Below are positions 51,125 to 64,000 of a stretch of DNA of 64,000 nt, piece after piece. The position numbers were made by a program, and so were the translations under genes. Under the pieces are notes generated by a model. That model did no database searches. It was given only the letters and a program-made list of their open reading frames with translations, and had not been told where the DNA came from. Origin of the DNA: Amoebidium appalachense (Eukaryota; Protista; Ichthyosporea); contig CAVNZM010000013.1 of assembly GCA_963693365.1 (NCBI GenBank), positions 1,513,817 to 1,577,816 of the forward strand. Direction: 5' to 3'. Position 1 is the stretch's first letter; each line of letters starts with the position of its first letter.

Positions 51125-52881
51125 TGTGCGGGGTTGCACATACCGGTGTCTACTTTTCTTCTTACTGTTTTTCTCTCCACACACTTCATCCGTCCACTTC
51201 TGCATACCCCCTTTCATAGCTATAGACACACTGCACACATTGCGTTACGCGCACACATGCACTCACCGCTCTGTTGGCGACAGCTCCCTTGGAACCCATG
51301 CGGCATGTTACCCGCCGGCGTAACATAACTCGGACTATCGGTTTGGCTTTTTTCAAGCCCAAAGCAATGGGTGATACCATATTTCCAGCTGACATCCGGG
51401 GGCATAGCTTTCCGTTCGAAGACGATAAAGTTCCGCCCTAATAAGCGTGTTACTACCCTGTGGCGTGGGTCAAATCTCATATTTTCCCCTCCGATTGCGA
51501 ATTCTGCGGCCTTCGGGACTTAATTCTTTTCAGCTGGTGTAGTATGTTAGCCAGGGAAGTATCGACTTAGGTATCGACGGGGGAGCTTCCTAGAAGCCCC
51601 GTCTCCTGAGTTCCTATGTATATTTTTCTTGCTTCTGCTTACTGCTGCAACTTTAACCCCCGGCCTTTCCCACTGCCCTTGCCTGCATAAACAACCCTGC
51701 TCGTCTCTGATCAAGACGGGTGACCTACTCATGTTCAAGTGAAACAGTATCTGAGTTGGGTTTCGTTAACGAGGGGAATAGGTCGAAACTCGGGTACTGT
51801 GGATGACGTGGGCCCCCCCTGAGGATGGGCTCTGCTTATTATGCATACTCTTTATGTATGGCTTGCATTCTGCATCGTGTTATCCGTTTGTTCTTGTGTA
51901 CTTCGTACTTTTTGGCGCATTCAAAACCCCCCCCCCCCCCCCAAAAAAAAAAAAAAAAAAAAAAAAAAGGAACTGACAACATATTCCCAACCACCACCAC
52001 AGGCAGTCTTCACCGGAGCGTCTCTTCTAAGCATCTTCGTTCTTGCCGTGGCTGTTTATTGCCACCGCCACCATCCCGTCGTAAGATCTCGGGGGAGAAT
52101 GTACCTCGTCCTGATATTCACACTGGCAACGCTTATGAATTTCAGCTCTCTTATCATGGCCGGAGGCTCCCAGTGGCAGTTCGGTCAGTTCCGATTAGAC
52201 CTCGATTACCGCGATCGCGACGTCCTGAACCGGCAGATCGACCTAGCGGCGCTGTATGTGTATCTGTCGTTTATGATAGCGATAGCGCTCATTTCGATGT
52301 ACTTTTCCAGCATCGCTTTAAGGCTACGAATGATTTCGCTGGTCTACAGCTCCAAGCTGAGGCAGCAAACTGTAAAAGGCGCCCGACTTCTGATGTGGGC
52401 TTTTGGATGGGCTGTGCTCTCTTTCTTCATAACGATACCGGCGCATACGTATTGGCTGATAGTCGACCGATGCCACCCCCGCGGGATACGATACACTGCG
52501 TGCGGTCTCCTTGCCATAAGTTTGGTCGTGTACCCGCTGGTATTCACGTACATATACCGCGCACGGCACGCGTCGCTCAAATTCAACGACATGTTCTCGA
52601 ACATCCGCGCCATGATCGTGATCTTTTTGGTGTTTTTTTCTTGTTTTTCCTTCACGTATTGCAATCCTCACCACACCATTTCGTCGTGTTCTGGGTGGTG
52701 CTCAGTCGTTCGTCTGGTTGTTTCGGTCCAAGTTTTGGACCAATTCAGTACGCAGGTTTTGCAGGCAAAATGGGAGATTCCGGCCCGTCCGAAGGCCCTA
52801 CAAGACCTTAAGCTGCCCGGTGGAAGGGGGCCAGTTAAATGGTTCCACTGGACTTCGCGCATGGAGCCGACATATAATTAA
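48568..52881 (+). CDS. Class C GPCR-like membrane protein, paralog 2; exons 48568-49545 and 52003-52881 (~618 aa)
   Basis: Same splice signals and same 879-bp exon 2; many synonymous differences; intron enlarged by retroposon copies. Confidence 0.8.
50188..50869 (+). mobile_element. Structured short retroposon, copy a (intronic)
   Basis: Absent from the paralog 1 intron; repeated 1062 bp downstream; ends TTCAAAA-(C)n. Confidence 0.75.
51250..51930 (+). mobile_element. Structured short retroposon, copy b (may extend 5' to ~50880)
   Basis: Near-identical to copy a; ends TTCAAAA-(C)16. Confidence 0.75.
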
Positions 52882-53134
52882 AGTATGTTGAAATCAATGT
52901 TTTGAATTTTCACCGGTTTTGACGGTATCTGGTCCAACGGTTTGCAGTTGAATGCTAGTAGGCTCAATGGGCATGTAATAGTATGTGGGTTCGTCGAATG
53001 GAGATTGGTTTTCTTTCCTCCTCCTCCTCCTCCTCCTTCTTCTTCTTCTTTTTTTAAAAAAATAAATAAGAATATCTCAACCCAGTTCTGAGCAATCGTT
53101 AGTATTTTTGCGATGTTTAATGTCCTCACTTCAC

Positions 53135-53167
<33 letters not shown>

Positions 53168-53742
53168 ACAAAAAAAAAAAGAAGAAAAAAACACGAGCCA
53201 CACACACACATGCACACACACACACACACCTTTTCTCCCCACGTTGGCAATGGGAAAGTTATTTCTATTATCACATTCAGTCATGCGAAAAACTGAGTCC
53301 CAAGTTTGGATACTCTCAAAATGCAGTGTGCATTATGGCATAGTGCATAAATCTCTCCACACCTACGCAGGCAGTAAGCTAATTATTCTTATCACGGGAT
53401 AATGTAAGGTGTTAAATATATATGTAGAAGTTTTTTTGCCCGTATCAGGGCGAGAAGCCTGAATCGTAATGATCTTAGACTACTAAGTAGCCGTGTTAGC
53501 CTTTTCCAGTACACGTAAAAGTTGAAGTAAGTTAGGATGTAAAGCAATTGATGAATCGTTAACATATGAGCATGCAGTTTGTTAGCATGCAGTTTGTTAT
53601 GACGATATGTAGATACACATTCTAAATTATTTGTATTTGTACTTGCTTAGTGAAAGTGGAATCATTTAGACACCTTTGGGGAGTGCCTGCACAGATTTAT
53701 AATGCAGAGATAAACGTACATCACGTCTTTTTCAGTCCTACC

Positions 53743-53814
<72 letters not shown>

Positions 53815-54015
53815 AGCACACACACACACACAGTCAAACACAAACACACCCCATGGCCAAAAAAAGGAGACAAAAAAACACCACCACGAACCATCATCAC
53901 CACACCACCTGTTGGCATTATTTAATATAGAAGTATCATGTCTACCCCAAAGACTGGGCTAGTAGACTGTCATGATCAAACCTGCTGGTCATAGTGCTCC
54001 CCCCCCCCCCCCCCA

Positions 54016-54360
54016 TCCTAGAAGCCCCGTCTCCTGAGTTCCTGTCTATATTTTTCTTGCTTCTGCTTACTGCTGCAACTTTAACCCCCGGCCTTTCCCA
54101 CTGCCCTTGCCTGCATATTCAACCCTGCTCGTCTCTGATCACGACGGGTGACCTACCCATGTTCAAGTGAAACAGTATCTGAGTTGGGTTTCGTTAACGA
54201 GGTGATTAGGTCGAAACTCGGGTACTGTGGATGACGTGGGGCCCCCCTGAGAATGGGCTCTGCTTATTATGCATACTCTTTATGTATGGCTTGCATTCTA
54301 CATCGTGTTATCCGTTTGGTCTTGTGTACTTCGTACTTTTTGACGCATTCAAACCCCCCC
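54016..54360 (+). mobile_element. Structured short retroposon, copy c, 5'-truncated, inside a poly(C) tract
   Basis: C tracts on both sides; the paralogous site (~37965-37990) is an uninterrupted C tract. Confidence 0.8.
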
Positions 54361-54613
54361 CTCTCCGGCCTATACCCACACATATCCACACACCCCGGGC
54401 ACACTGACACGCACACTCAACAATTCATCCTAATACATAAATAGCATTGTGGTATTTTTTGTTTTTCATAATGTCTTTTCCAGCATTGCTGAGGAATTTG
54501 GGATTGATATCGATATCATTTCTGGGCGGACTGTGGGCCTCGTGTTCTGTGGAGGATTTGGGGGGGGGGGGGGGGGGGGGTTAGAGAGGGAAGAGGGGAA
54601 CGGGAGAGGTTGG

Positions 54614-54650
<37 letters not shown>

Positions 54651-54652
<2 letters not shown>

Positions 54653-55021
54653 GAAAGCCTTCATAAAGTACGAAGGACACGGCATAAACAACGATCACCA
54701 CGATGCAAAGTGGTTACGTTCGCACTAGGATCGTCGGTCCATCGATCTGATGACCGGCGTCCGAAAACCAACTGCGTGTTCGCACTGGGCAGATCGTCGG
54801 TCGCCGGTCGCTGGTTAGGACTATTTACATATACACACATATATATGATACTTATACCTTTTATATATAGAAAATATTTATACCTCTTACTGCCAGAATA
54901 TACAACAATAGTGCACGAGTTGGCATATGCATTTCGCACGCACGTGCACAGCAATGTGTGTGCGTGTGTGTACGTGTGTGTGTGTGTGTACGTGTGTGTA
55001 CGTGTGTGTGTGTGTGTGTGT

Positions 55022-55108
<87 letters not shown>

Positions 55109-55140
55109 TGTGTGTGTGTGTGTGTGCGTGTGTCTGTGTG

Positions 55141-55184
<44 letters not shown>

Positions 55185-55355
55185 TGTGTGTGTTTCTGTG
55201 TGACAGTGTGTGTGTGTGTGTGTGTGTGTGTGACAGTGTGTGTGTATGTGTGTGTGTGTGTGCGCGCGTGTGGGGGTATTGGTGTGTGTAATAGTGGGTG
55301 GGCCGGTGGTGGTGGTGGTGGTTGGTGGTGGTGGTGGCCACGTGGGGCGGGTGGG
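54651..55355 (-). mobile_element. Insertion with a related ~60-nt 3' tail, in a poly(G) tract; far boundary approximate
   Basis: Minus strand ends TGCATCGTG...GTGTCCTTCGTACTTTATGAAGGCTTTCAA-(C)n; the paralogous site (~38390) has only the G tract. Confidence 0.6.
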
Positions 55356-56195
55356 CCGGGGGGGGGGGGGGGGGGGGGGGAGGGGGGGGGGGCATATGGC
55401 CATGTGGGGGGGGGGGGGGGGGGGGAGGGAGGGGGGGGGGGGGGGGAGGGGGGATGGGGGGTTGGGTGTGGATTTATGCCACTTTAGCCATGTTATCATC
55501 CTGCGTTCTGTGCCGCTGTATATATGTGAACAGCTTTCACGGTGGTTAAAGAATAAAATCAATTTAAGATTTAGATTGATTTTTTTTTTAAAAAAGTGTT
55601 CTCTGAGTCTCCCGGTGTGTTACTTTCCACGTCTCTGCCCCACCCATATCACCATACCTCAAAGTTTCCCAATGAGCTTAAAATTCGAATAATTCAACAG
55701 AAAATCGACTTAAATTTGCATTCGATTTTGAATAAGAATTGGAAATCTGAAGACACAGGTGTCTTTACCCTCCCCCCTCCCTCCCCTTCCCCTTTTAGCA
55801 TCCATCTGAGGATGGGAGAGTTGTGGAAGTGGGGGAGGTGGTGGGGCCACCAAGGTTGGGGGGGAGGGGGGGGGGGGGGGGGGGGGGGAAGGAGGACGAG
55901 GAAGGGAGAGAGGGGTGTGTGTGTGGGGGGGGGGAGGGGGGGGTTGATGGGGGGGGGATTTGGTGGGTTGAGGGGGAGGGGGGCTGGGGGGAAGGGGGGA
56001 AGGGGTATAGTGACCTAGTAGCTGGTGTTAATTTTCAATGGGTCCTATGAACAGACCCCATGATCGCAAGTCTAGGAGTCCAAATTCAATCGTAATCAAA
56101 AAGAAATATGGGAAAAGAGAGAGTTGGGGGGGGGGGGGGGGGGGGGGGGGAAGGGGGAGGGAATAGGAGGGATAGGGGTGGGAAGGGGGGAGGGG

Positions 56196-56237
<42 letters not shown>

Positions 56238-56527
56238 AGGGGGGGGGGGGGGGGGGGGGGGTTGTATATTAAAAAAATTACGAAGAACTTGTGACAACTA
56301 TGCCGGTGAAACATGGTGGAGGCTCATACGTAGGCCATGCTTCATAGGGCATCCGCCCACCTTACCCTCCCACCCCCCCCCCCCCCCCCCCCCCCCCACC
56401 CCCACCTCCCTAAACCACTGCCACGCTAACCATACCCATGATGAGCACAAAATTTGTTTGAAACCCCGGGGCCAACCAACTTTTGGAAACCTGCAGGTGC
56501 GAAAAGTATCCAGCGATCCCCCTGAAC

Positions 56528-56584
<57 letters not shown>

Positions 56585-56640
56585 ACCCGGCCATCTTCCT
56601 CTCCCAAACACACTAACACACTCTGTGTGGTGCGTGTGTG

Positions 56641-56794
<154 letters not shown>

Positions 56795-57580
56795 ACCCGA
56801 GGCCCTGGGGGAGTTTTGAAAACATATGAAATTTGTCGAAATCTGTGTGCTGTTGAGAAAATATAGGGATTTAAACTGCATACTCCCCATTTTCCCAGCC
56901 CGTTTATGGTTCTGTCTTTGTTGAAAAATTTCGCAGTGTCTCACCTCTCCGAAGAGGTATATCCTTGGTCCTGCATACCTGCCTTGATACCTGAAACCCT
57001 CCCCCCCCCCCCCCCCCCTGAGTCTCCCTCCCCCTCCCCCCTCTTCCCTCCCCCTCTTCCTCCCTCCCTCCCCCCCTCTTCCCCTCGCCCCCCCCCCCCC
57101 CTCCCCCCCCCCCCCCCCCCCACCACCACCACACACACCCCTTCTTCCCCCCCCCCTCTTTCCAGTTCTAGAATCCTATGCTCAGGGTCAGAGTGTGACT
57201 TTAAGGGTGCCTTTTAAAGGCCGATTTATTGTCACCGCTTTTTGGCCCTTGGGTCGGGCCAAATGCTGTTTGAAGCGCACCCAGCCAATCATTTTGCATA
57301 TTTCCCATTCGGGTCCGACCCGACGCGGATACCTACCTACCTAAAAGAAACCCCCTTTAATCATATTCTGTTCCATGCACGTGCACACACTTTCTCTCCT
57401 CTCTCCTGTCATCACACACATGCACCTCGTCCTCCTCTACTACCTCCCCCAACCACAAAAAAAAAAAAAAAAAAAAAAAAGAGAGAGAGAGAGAGAAAGA
57501 CAGCAGAATAACCCCCCCTCCCCACCATTCCACCATCCGGCCCCCCTCCCTCCGAACCCCCTTCCGCCCTGCCCTCCCTC

Positions 57581-57613
<33 letters not shown>

Positions 57614-57955
57614 ACATATATCCCTTTAGGTACCTACTTGAATGCACATATTTTCCTCCCAGTCACGTAGCCTACTCTTCTAAAGTGAATAGGTGGTTAA
57701 TGGTAGGAGGAATTAGTCCGTCCAAAAATAGTACCTCGTATTATTATCTCAATCGATGTATATCCAATCTCATAAATTATTGAAACATTGAATTGCATAG
57801 AATACAAACGCCTTCCGCTTCCCGCATTCTTAAACCTCGAAATTCTAACGGGGGTTCCGTGCACTGACCGTGTATATTTGGGCTGTGGGGGTGGGTGGGA
57901 CCAATGCAGAGTGTTGCTCGAACAGGGGAGACAGCCTGCTGCACACACAAACAAA

Positions 57956-57995
<40 letters not shown>

Positions 57996-58178
57996 AGGGG
58001 GGGGGGGAGGGGGGGGGGGGGGGGGGGGGGGTGACGGCCTTTGTGTATTAGAGGGGTCATATTTTGTGTGTGGGGGTAGGCGTTTCCTATTTTTGCGTGT
58101 GTGGGGAGGGGGATCCTATTTGTGTGTGGGGGTGTTTATTTTGTATGTGTGTGGGGTTTCTGTATATATATCATGATA

Positions 58179-58221
<43 letters not shown>

Positions 58222-58593
58222 CATATGATATATATATCATATATATGATATATATCATATATATATATATGATATATATATATATATATATATTGGGGGG
58301 GGGGGGGGGGGGGGGGGGGAGGGGGGAGGATTTGTTAATGTGTGATTGGGTGTCAGGTTCAAGTGGTGAGAGTGGGGGTGTCAAGTTCATGAAAGCGGAA
58401 GGGTGAATGGGTGGAAGGGGTGACTGTACTGTATGGTCGGGTGCCTATGTCTGACGGATATCGATTGACGGGGGAGTGGGGGAGTGGGGAGGTTGGGGAG
58501 AGAGGGAGTGGGGGAGTGGGCGGGGTGCTGGGGGGAAGGGGGGAGGTGCAGATGTGTGTGGGTTGGTGAACGGGGGTAAAAGGCTGTTTGGTT

Positions 58594-58633
<40 letters not shown>

Positions 58634-58929
58634 TTTGGGCTGGGGAGAGGGGGGGGGGGGGGGGGGGGGTGGGGGGGGTGGGGGGAAAGTGGGAGAGCGT
58701 GGGGAACCAAATAAGTGGGTGGGTGGGTGGGGGGGGGGGGGGGGGGGGGGGGGGGGGAAGGGGGGAGGTGTCAGATGTGTGGGGGGGTTGGTGGACTGGG
58801 GGAAAAGGCTGTGTGGGTGAATGTGTGTGTGTGTGTGTGTTGGAATACGTCACCATGTATGACAGCAAGAGCCTTGAAGTATGTATGTGTCCTAGCTTGT
58901 TTGTATTCGTGTCTGCTTTCCTTCTTTGT

Positions 58930-59143
<214 letters not shown>

Positions 59144-60541
59144 TATCTCTCTCTCCCTTGTTTCTGTGGGCACAGATATCTGTAGATCTGTGCACACCTG
59201 GCTCTCTTGCCTGATAAGAACTTATTGTATTTTATTCTGTTTGCTCTCCTCTGTTTATCTGAGAGGTAGCGTGATTGGCTAGCCTCACTCGTTGTCTTTC
59301 CTTTATTTCAAAATGGCCTAGTTTTGTTCTCAAAAGGATGGCTCGCCAATAGTCGCGAGCGAGTACATCTGTAGATTGTGTTGTGCATTCCTGTCTGTTA
59401 ATATATGTGTGTTGTGATTGGACAATAGATATATATGGAATTCGGTTTATTGCAAAGTGTCTTCACTTTGAGAGTGTCGACTATTAGGAAATATATGTAT
59501 TTAAATAAGTTTCTTTATAGAGACGAACATAAATATATATGTGAGTTAATAGTGACTAGATGTATAATTACTTAATTTATTTAAGTAAGAATTTCTAAAC
59601 TTTAGTTTAATCGGAAGTTGGAATGCGTATGCTCTGTTGGAATGTGTTTTTCTATCTTCTGATAGAACCGATTGGTTCTCCCTCTTTAGTTGTGATAAGG
59701 TGATAAGTCGCAAGTACAAAAGGAACCGAGAGCACAATAAAGATTCAGTTGTTGTTTGAAATCTTTCAATGTCTCGTGAACAACTCCGATTGCCCTCTCA
59801 TTAATGTGTTAGTCGTGTTTTACATGACACCTCTGTGCACTCTGCTCCCTTAGACCCGTACAAAACAACAGTGTGTGTGTGTGTGTTGGGCCTGGGGGAT
59901 GCGGGCGGAGGGGAGAGAGGGGGGGGGGGGGGGGGGTGTGTTCGTATGGTCCAGTTGGGTTGTCTGAGGATCAACTGTGTTCGGTCATTCGTCTTCTGGT
60001 TGCCCATATGACCTTTGTAGCCTTGTTTGAAAATTTAAACCCTTCTGTGTGAGGGAAGGTCGGGGAATGGGAGAGGGGGGAAGGCAGGCTGAATTCCGCT
60101 ATGTCACGGGGGGGGGGGGGGGGGGGGGGGGGGGGGAGGGGGGGGGGAGGGAGGGGGGGGGGAGGAGGGTGGAGGGGGCGGGGCAGGGTATGAGGGGGGA
60201 GGGGGGGGGGAATGGGAACAACCGTGCAAACGCCTGGCCGATGTGAATGGCTATTAGAAACACTTCCTCACCGCTGCCTCTTGGTTTTGTATTCTTGTAG
60301 TATCTGAATATCTGTATATCTGTAGATCTGTATGATGATGTCTAGGCGTTATCTTAAATCCGGGTACCCAAAAACGCACGTACAAATATTTATGGATTTT
60401 TTTTTTTTTTTTTTTGGCAGGTAAGCTGATTGGAATGCATCGATAGGCGAATGGCCATGCTGAAGTGTAAAATTTTGATTTTTTTTTTTTTTAATAAAAA
60501 ATTGGATCTTCTTCTGCGAACGAATCCCCTACTCTTCCCCT

Positions 60542-60613
<72 letters not shown>

Positions 60614-61739
60614 AAGAAAAGCAATGTCAATTTTAGATGCATGGCTGTGTATGTCTATTGGCCCTCAGAAATTACGCGTAGTAATGAACCATTGCAATGT
60701 ACCCGTATATGGCCCAAAGGATTATTATTCTGTATGATGGCATAACGGTCATAGTGTGCATATGTGTCTGTTTCGCTGGGTGTGATGTACTCGTGTGTTG
60801 ATGTTTGTTGGCGGGCTAGTTCTGTATGTGTGCCTCCCAGAGTGACTGTACGTGCTTGTGTCTGTGTGCGCGTTCTGTGTTAAATTGTACAAGTATTTGG
60901 GACAGGAGCAGAGACACAGTGGTGCAGTGTGAAAACACCACAGACACACAACAACAAAACACGGAACGATCGGAGCAGTGTACACAACAGACATCAATGT
61001 TTAGACACGACTGAACTAAATTTATTTCGATCTCGTATATATACTCGAAATCCCCTTAAGTCAAATCAATACATGATTTCCGACCAGTCGGAAATCAGTT
61101 CTATGTCTAAAATAACCAATCACAATGAACTGATTGTTTCCAGGATAGATCCGACGACACAGGAACGCACACCATAGGTCACAGCTACTAGAAAGTATTG
61201 AGGTGAAAAGTAACGAGGAAAGAGGTGATGTTCTAACCTATCACCGGCTGCAAAGACTCAGACACTTTCTGACTAAGTCTACTGATTGGTCACAGCTCGG
61301 CAACACACAAAACTAAAGTGGTTGACTAAGCTATGATTCACACATGACAAGCTAAAGTGTAGCCTGAGTGTTTTCCTACCAATCAAAACATAACGAGTAA
61401 TACAAATCTACTCAACGTGTATTAGTGAAAAATAAACATGATCATGTGAAAGAAAACAAGGGAGAAAAGAAAGAGAAAAGAAAGAAGAAGAAGGAGAAAA
61501 GAGAGAAGAAGATAGGACAGAAAACACGAACACGAAAACACAGTTGTAACAGAAGATACTTACGTACACATAAACATGTACACGTTTCTCCCTGAGTGGG
61601 TGGAAACGTGTACACACATATCAACACACTAACCAGTGATAAAGTACACGATTAGAACCTGATCTATTACGATTACATGTGTACAGACAAATTAGAGATC
61701 GATGAAACATTTTCCGTAATAGGAATGTGACATATATAC

Positions 61740-61934
61740 GGGGTTTACGCTGTTTACTCGAGGCAAAGAGAACCAGTCTCAGGTATGGGGGGGGGGGTTT
61801 TGCTCGGAATATCCCCTCAGCGGTATATCATGATCACGTACATAGATGTCGGGTGGTGACTATATATCAGGGTTTACTTTCTCTACGAGACACCATAAAG
61901 ACTACAAGGAGAAATCAATTAGTTGGGGTTCCCC

Positions 61935-61990
<56 letters not shown>

Positions 61991-62022
61991 GGGCTCCCCT
62001 CGGGACACTCGGTATCAGCTGG

Positions 62023-62079
<57 letters not shown>

Positions 62080-64000
62080 GTGTGTGTGTGTGCGCGTGCG
62101 CTATAATTTTGTAGTGATGTGTTTCTCAAGCCAATCAATACATCTAATAAACAGGTCGTAGTTACGCGTGTTTAGTATAAAATCAAGGATGTTGTAATTT
62201 ACAGGTAGGCTATCTTTCTGGGTGTCTGTTGTGAATGTGACGTGTGTGTGTTGCGGTATTATGTGGTCTATCAAACTACATTTGGCGATACATGACCGGT
62301 TAAACTGGTGTGTGTGTGTGTTGTTTGGGCATGCAAATGATGCCACCTTATACTTATTAGATCTCCACTGTATAGCACGTGTACAGTAAAAGCGTGGTAA
62401 TTGATCAATAATACCATCAGCTAGAGAAAGACCAGTTCTACAGGAAGGTAATATGTATTTAGGTGTTATACACTTGCGAGTGCCATATTTGGCAATATGG
62501 TTGAGGCGGTCAGTATATATAAAACGAGACATAAGGCTTAGTTTTTCAAGGTGTATGCTTTCATCGGGTCTAGTGTCGTTTGGTATCTTTTTCCATTTGT
62601 TATATTGCGTGATTATCTTGTGATTGTGTACATGTTTAATAAGTAAGTGGCAGTCCAAAGTCACACACACACTATTGCGGGGTTTATTTGTATTTGTGCC
62701 CAGGGGAGAAGGGGGAGAGAGAGGGGAGGAAAGAGGGGAGAGGTGAGGAGGGGACAGGTCGGATAGAGAAGAGAGGGTGGGAGGGCAAATACTTCTTTAA
62801 GCGGCTTATGTGCTTATTGAATTTCAGCGCGAGATAGGATACTCTAGCAGCTATTGGGACCAGACCATATATCGAGAGCGTTACAGGCCCAGGTTTACAA
62901 CAGTTGTTAGATAGAAAGGAGGCAACTTCTGCTTCAAGGAAATTTGCCAAGGGTTTAAGCGCTCTAGTTCTCTCTTTCTTGATCCAAGCGGCGAGAAGGG
63001 GTAAACCATATTCACATGCCGGGAAGACAAAAGTGCGAATAAATGTAAGTCTAATAGAAGGATGGAGGGGTGTGTCTTTAAAAATATTAGCCGAGAAGAA
63101 AGCTAACCGCTTACGAGCCAACTCTACCCTCTTTTCGACCATATGGGGAAACATAACACCAACAGAATCAACCGGAACACCAAGATATTTGTATTCTGGA
63201 ACTATAGGTACAGGTTTAGATGATAATGTAAATGTGTGTAAATTGTTAGCTATATCAGGTACAAGAACACCACATTTGTCTATGTTAAGGATCATAAGGT
63301 TTGCCTTGCACCACTCTGACACTACATCGAACAATCTTTGCAGGCGTCTAGGGGTACGGGCAAGGAGGGACAGATCATCAGCATAGAGAAGTGCAGGCGG
63401 AAAGTTATTAATAGGGTCATCGTTTTCGGCGTAAATCTTGACAGCCAAATCATCTATAAATAGGTTAAACAAAAAGGGGCTAAGCAATGAGCCCTGCAAG
63501 AGACCTCTAGTACGAGCAAAACCATATGAAAGATGCCCATTAACCACAGCTCTACCATAGGTTTGAGACAAGAGTGCTTCTAACAGAACACCAATGCAGT
63601 GTGGTACACCCCGTGCAGCAAGCTTTTCCCATAGGAGACCAGGGGAGACAGAATCGTAAGCAGTTTTCCAATCAATAAAGCCAACATATTGTGCACCAAC
63701 TTGCATAGAATCGTGCAGTGCCATTATTTGAACATAACATGAATTGTTTTTACGAAAAGCGGATTGGCATGGGTGTATGTGAAGAATAGATTGAAACCTA
63801 GGGTGATGTGCAAATAACCTAAGTAAGCAAGCTTCAAAGAATCTACGAACAACCTGGGTTAGTGTAATGGGGCGAAAGGATGATATGGGGCCCTCAGAGT
63901 CCTTCTTAACTATGGGGATCACTAAGGTATCTAACCAAGATGACGGGACATGTCCACATTTAACACACCAAGAAAAGAGAGAGCTTAACATGATAGTAAG
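61740..64000 (-). mobile_element. LINE family A copy 3, 5' part outside window
   Basis: Near-identical inverted copy of 1-2040. Confidence 0.93.
62101..64000 (-). CDS. LINE A ORF2 RT with one +1 C frameshift near 62710 (possibly a homopolymer sequencing error)
   Basis: FRPITL, QGSLLSP, YADD; the C-terminus continues in the adjacent frame. Confidence 0.85.

Noticed and set aside
60710-61732. Possible solo LTR ending TGTGACA with CCAAT boxes
   Set aside because: No convincing partner end or 5-bp TSD, and no second copy in the window.

Overview
Eukaryotic, repeat-dense window with spliceosomal introns and abundant (CA)n and poly(C)/poly(G) tracts. The left half is a nest of transposons, and each inner insertion can be rebuilt from its target-site duplication (TSD). 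An APE-type LINE (family B, minus strand, ~3403-31870) is split by a Ty3/Gypsy chromovirus (4418-28114, TSD AACCC). The chromovirus carries a foreign solo LTR in its 5' LTR (4486-5207, TSD ACATG) and a 15.2-kb element with terminal inverted repeats (TIRs) in gag (7409-22606, TSD AT). That element holds a three-LTR tandem non-autonomous retroelement (9295-15924, TSD CCTTT) and a ~183-bp satellite. The right half has two tandemly duplicated two-exon genes for a class C GPCR-like 7TM protein. Three copies of LINE family A lie at 1-2040, 43582-45115 and 61740-64000. Most striking: both LINE families and a structured non-autonomous retroposon family end in A(2-4)-oligo(C) rather than poly(A), and the short retroposons sit in poly(C) tracts, which suggests a C-tailed or C-tract-targeting retroposon system. 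The chromovirus primer-binding site (PBS) matches the 5' end of tRNA-Ala instead of a tRNA 3' end. All calls were made by eye; no database searches were run.
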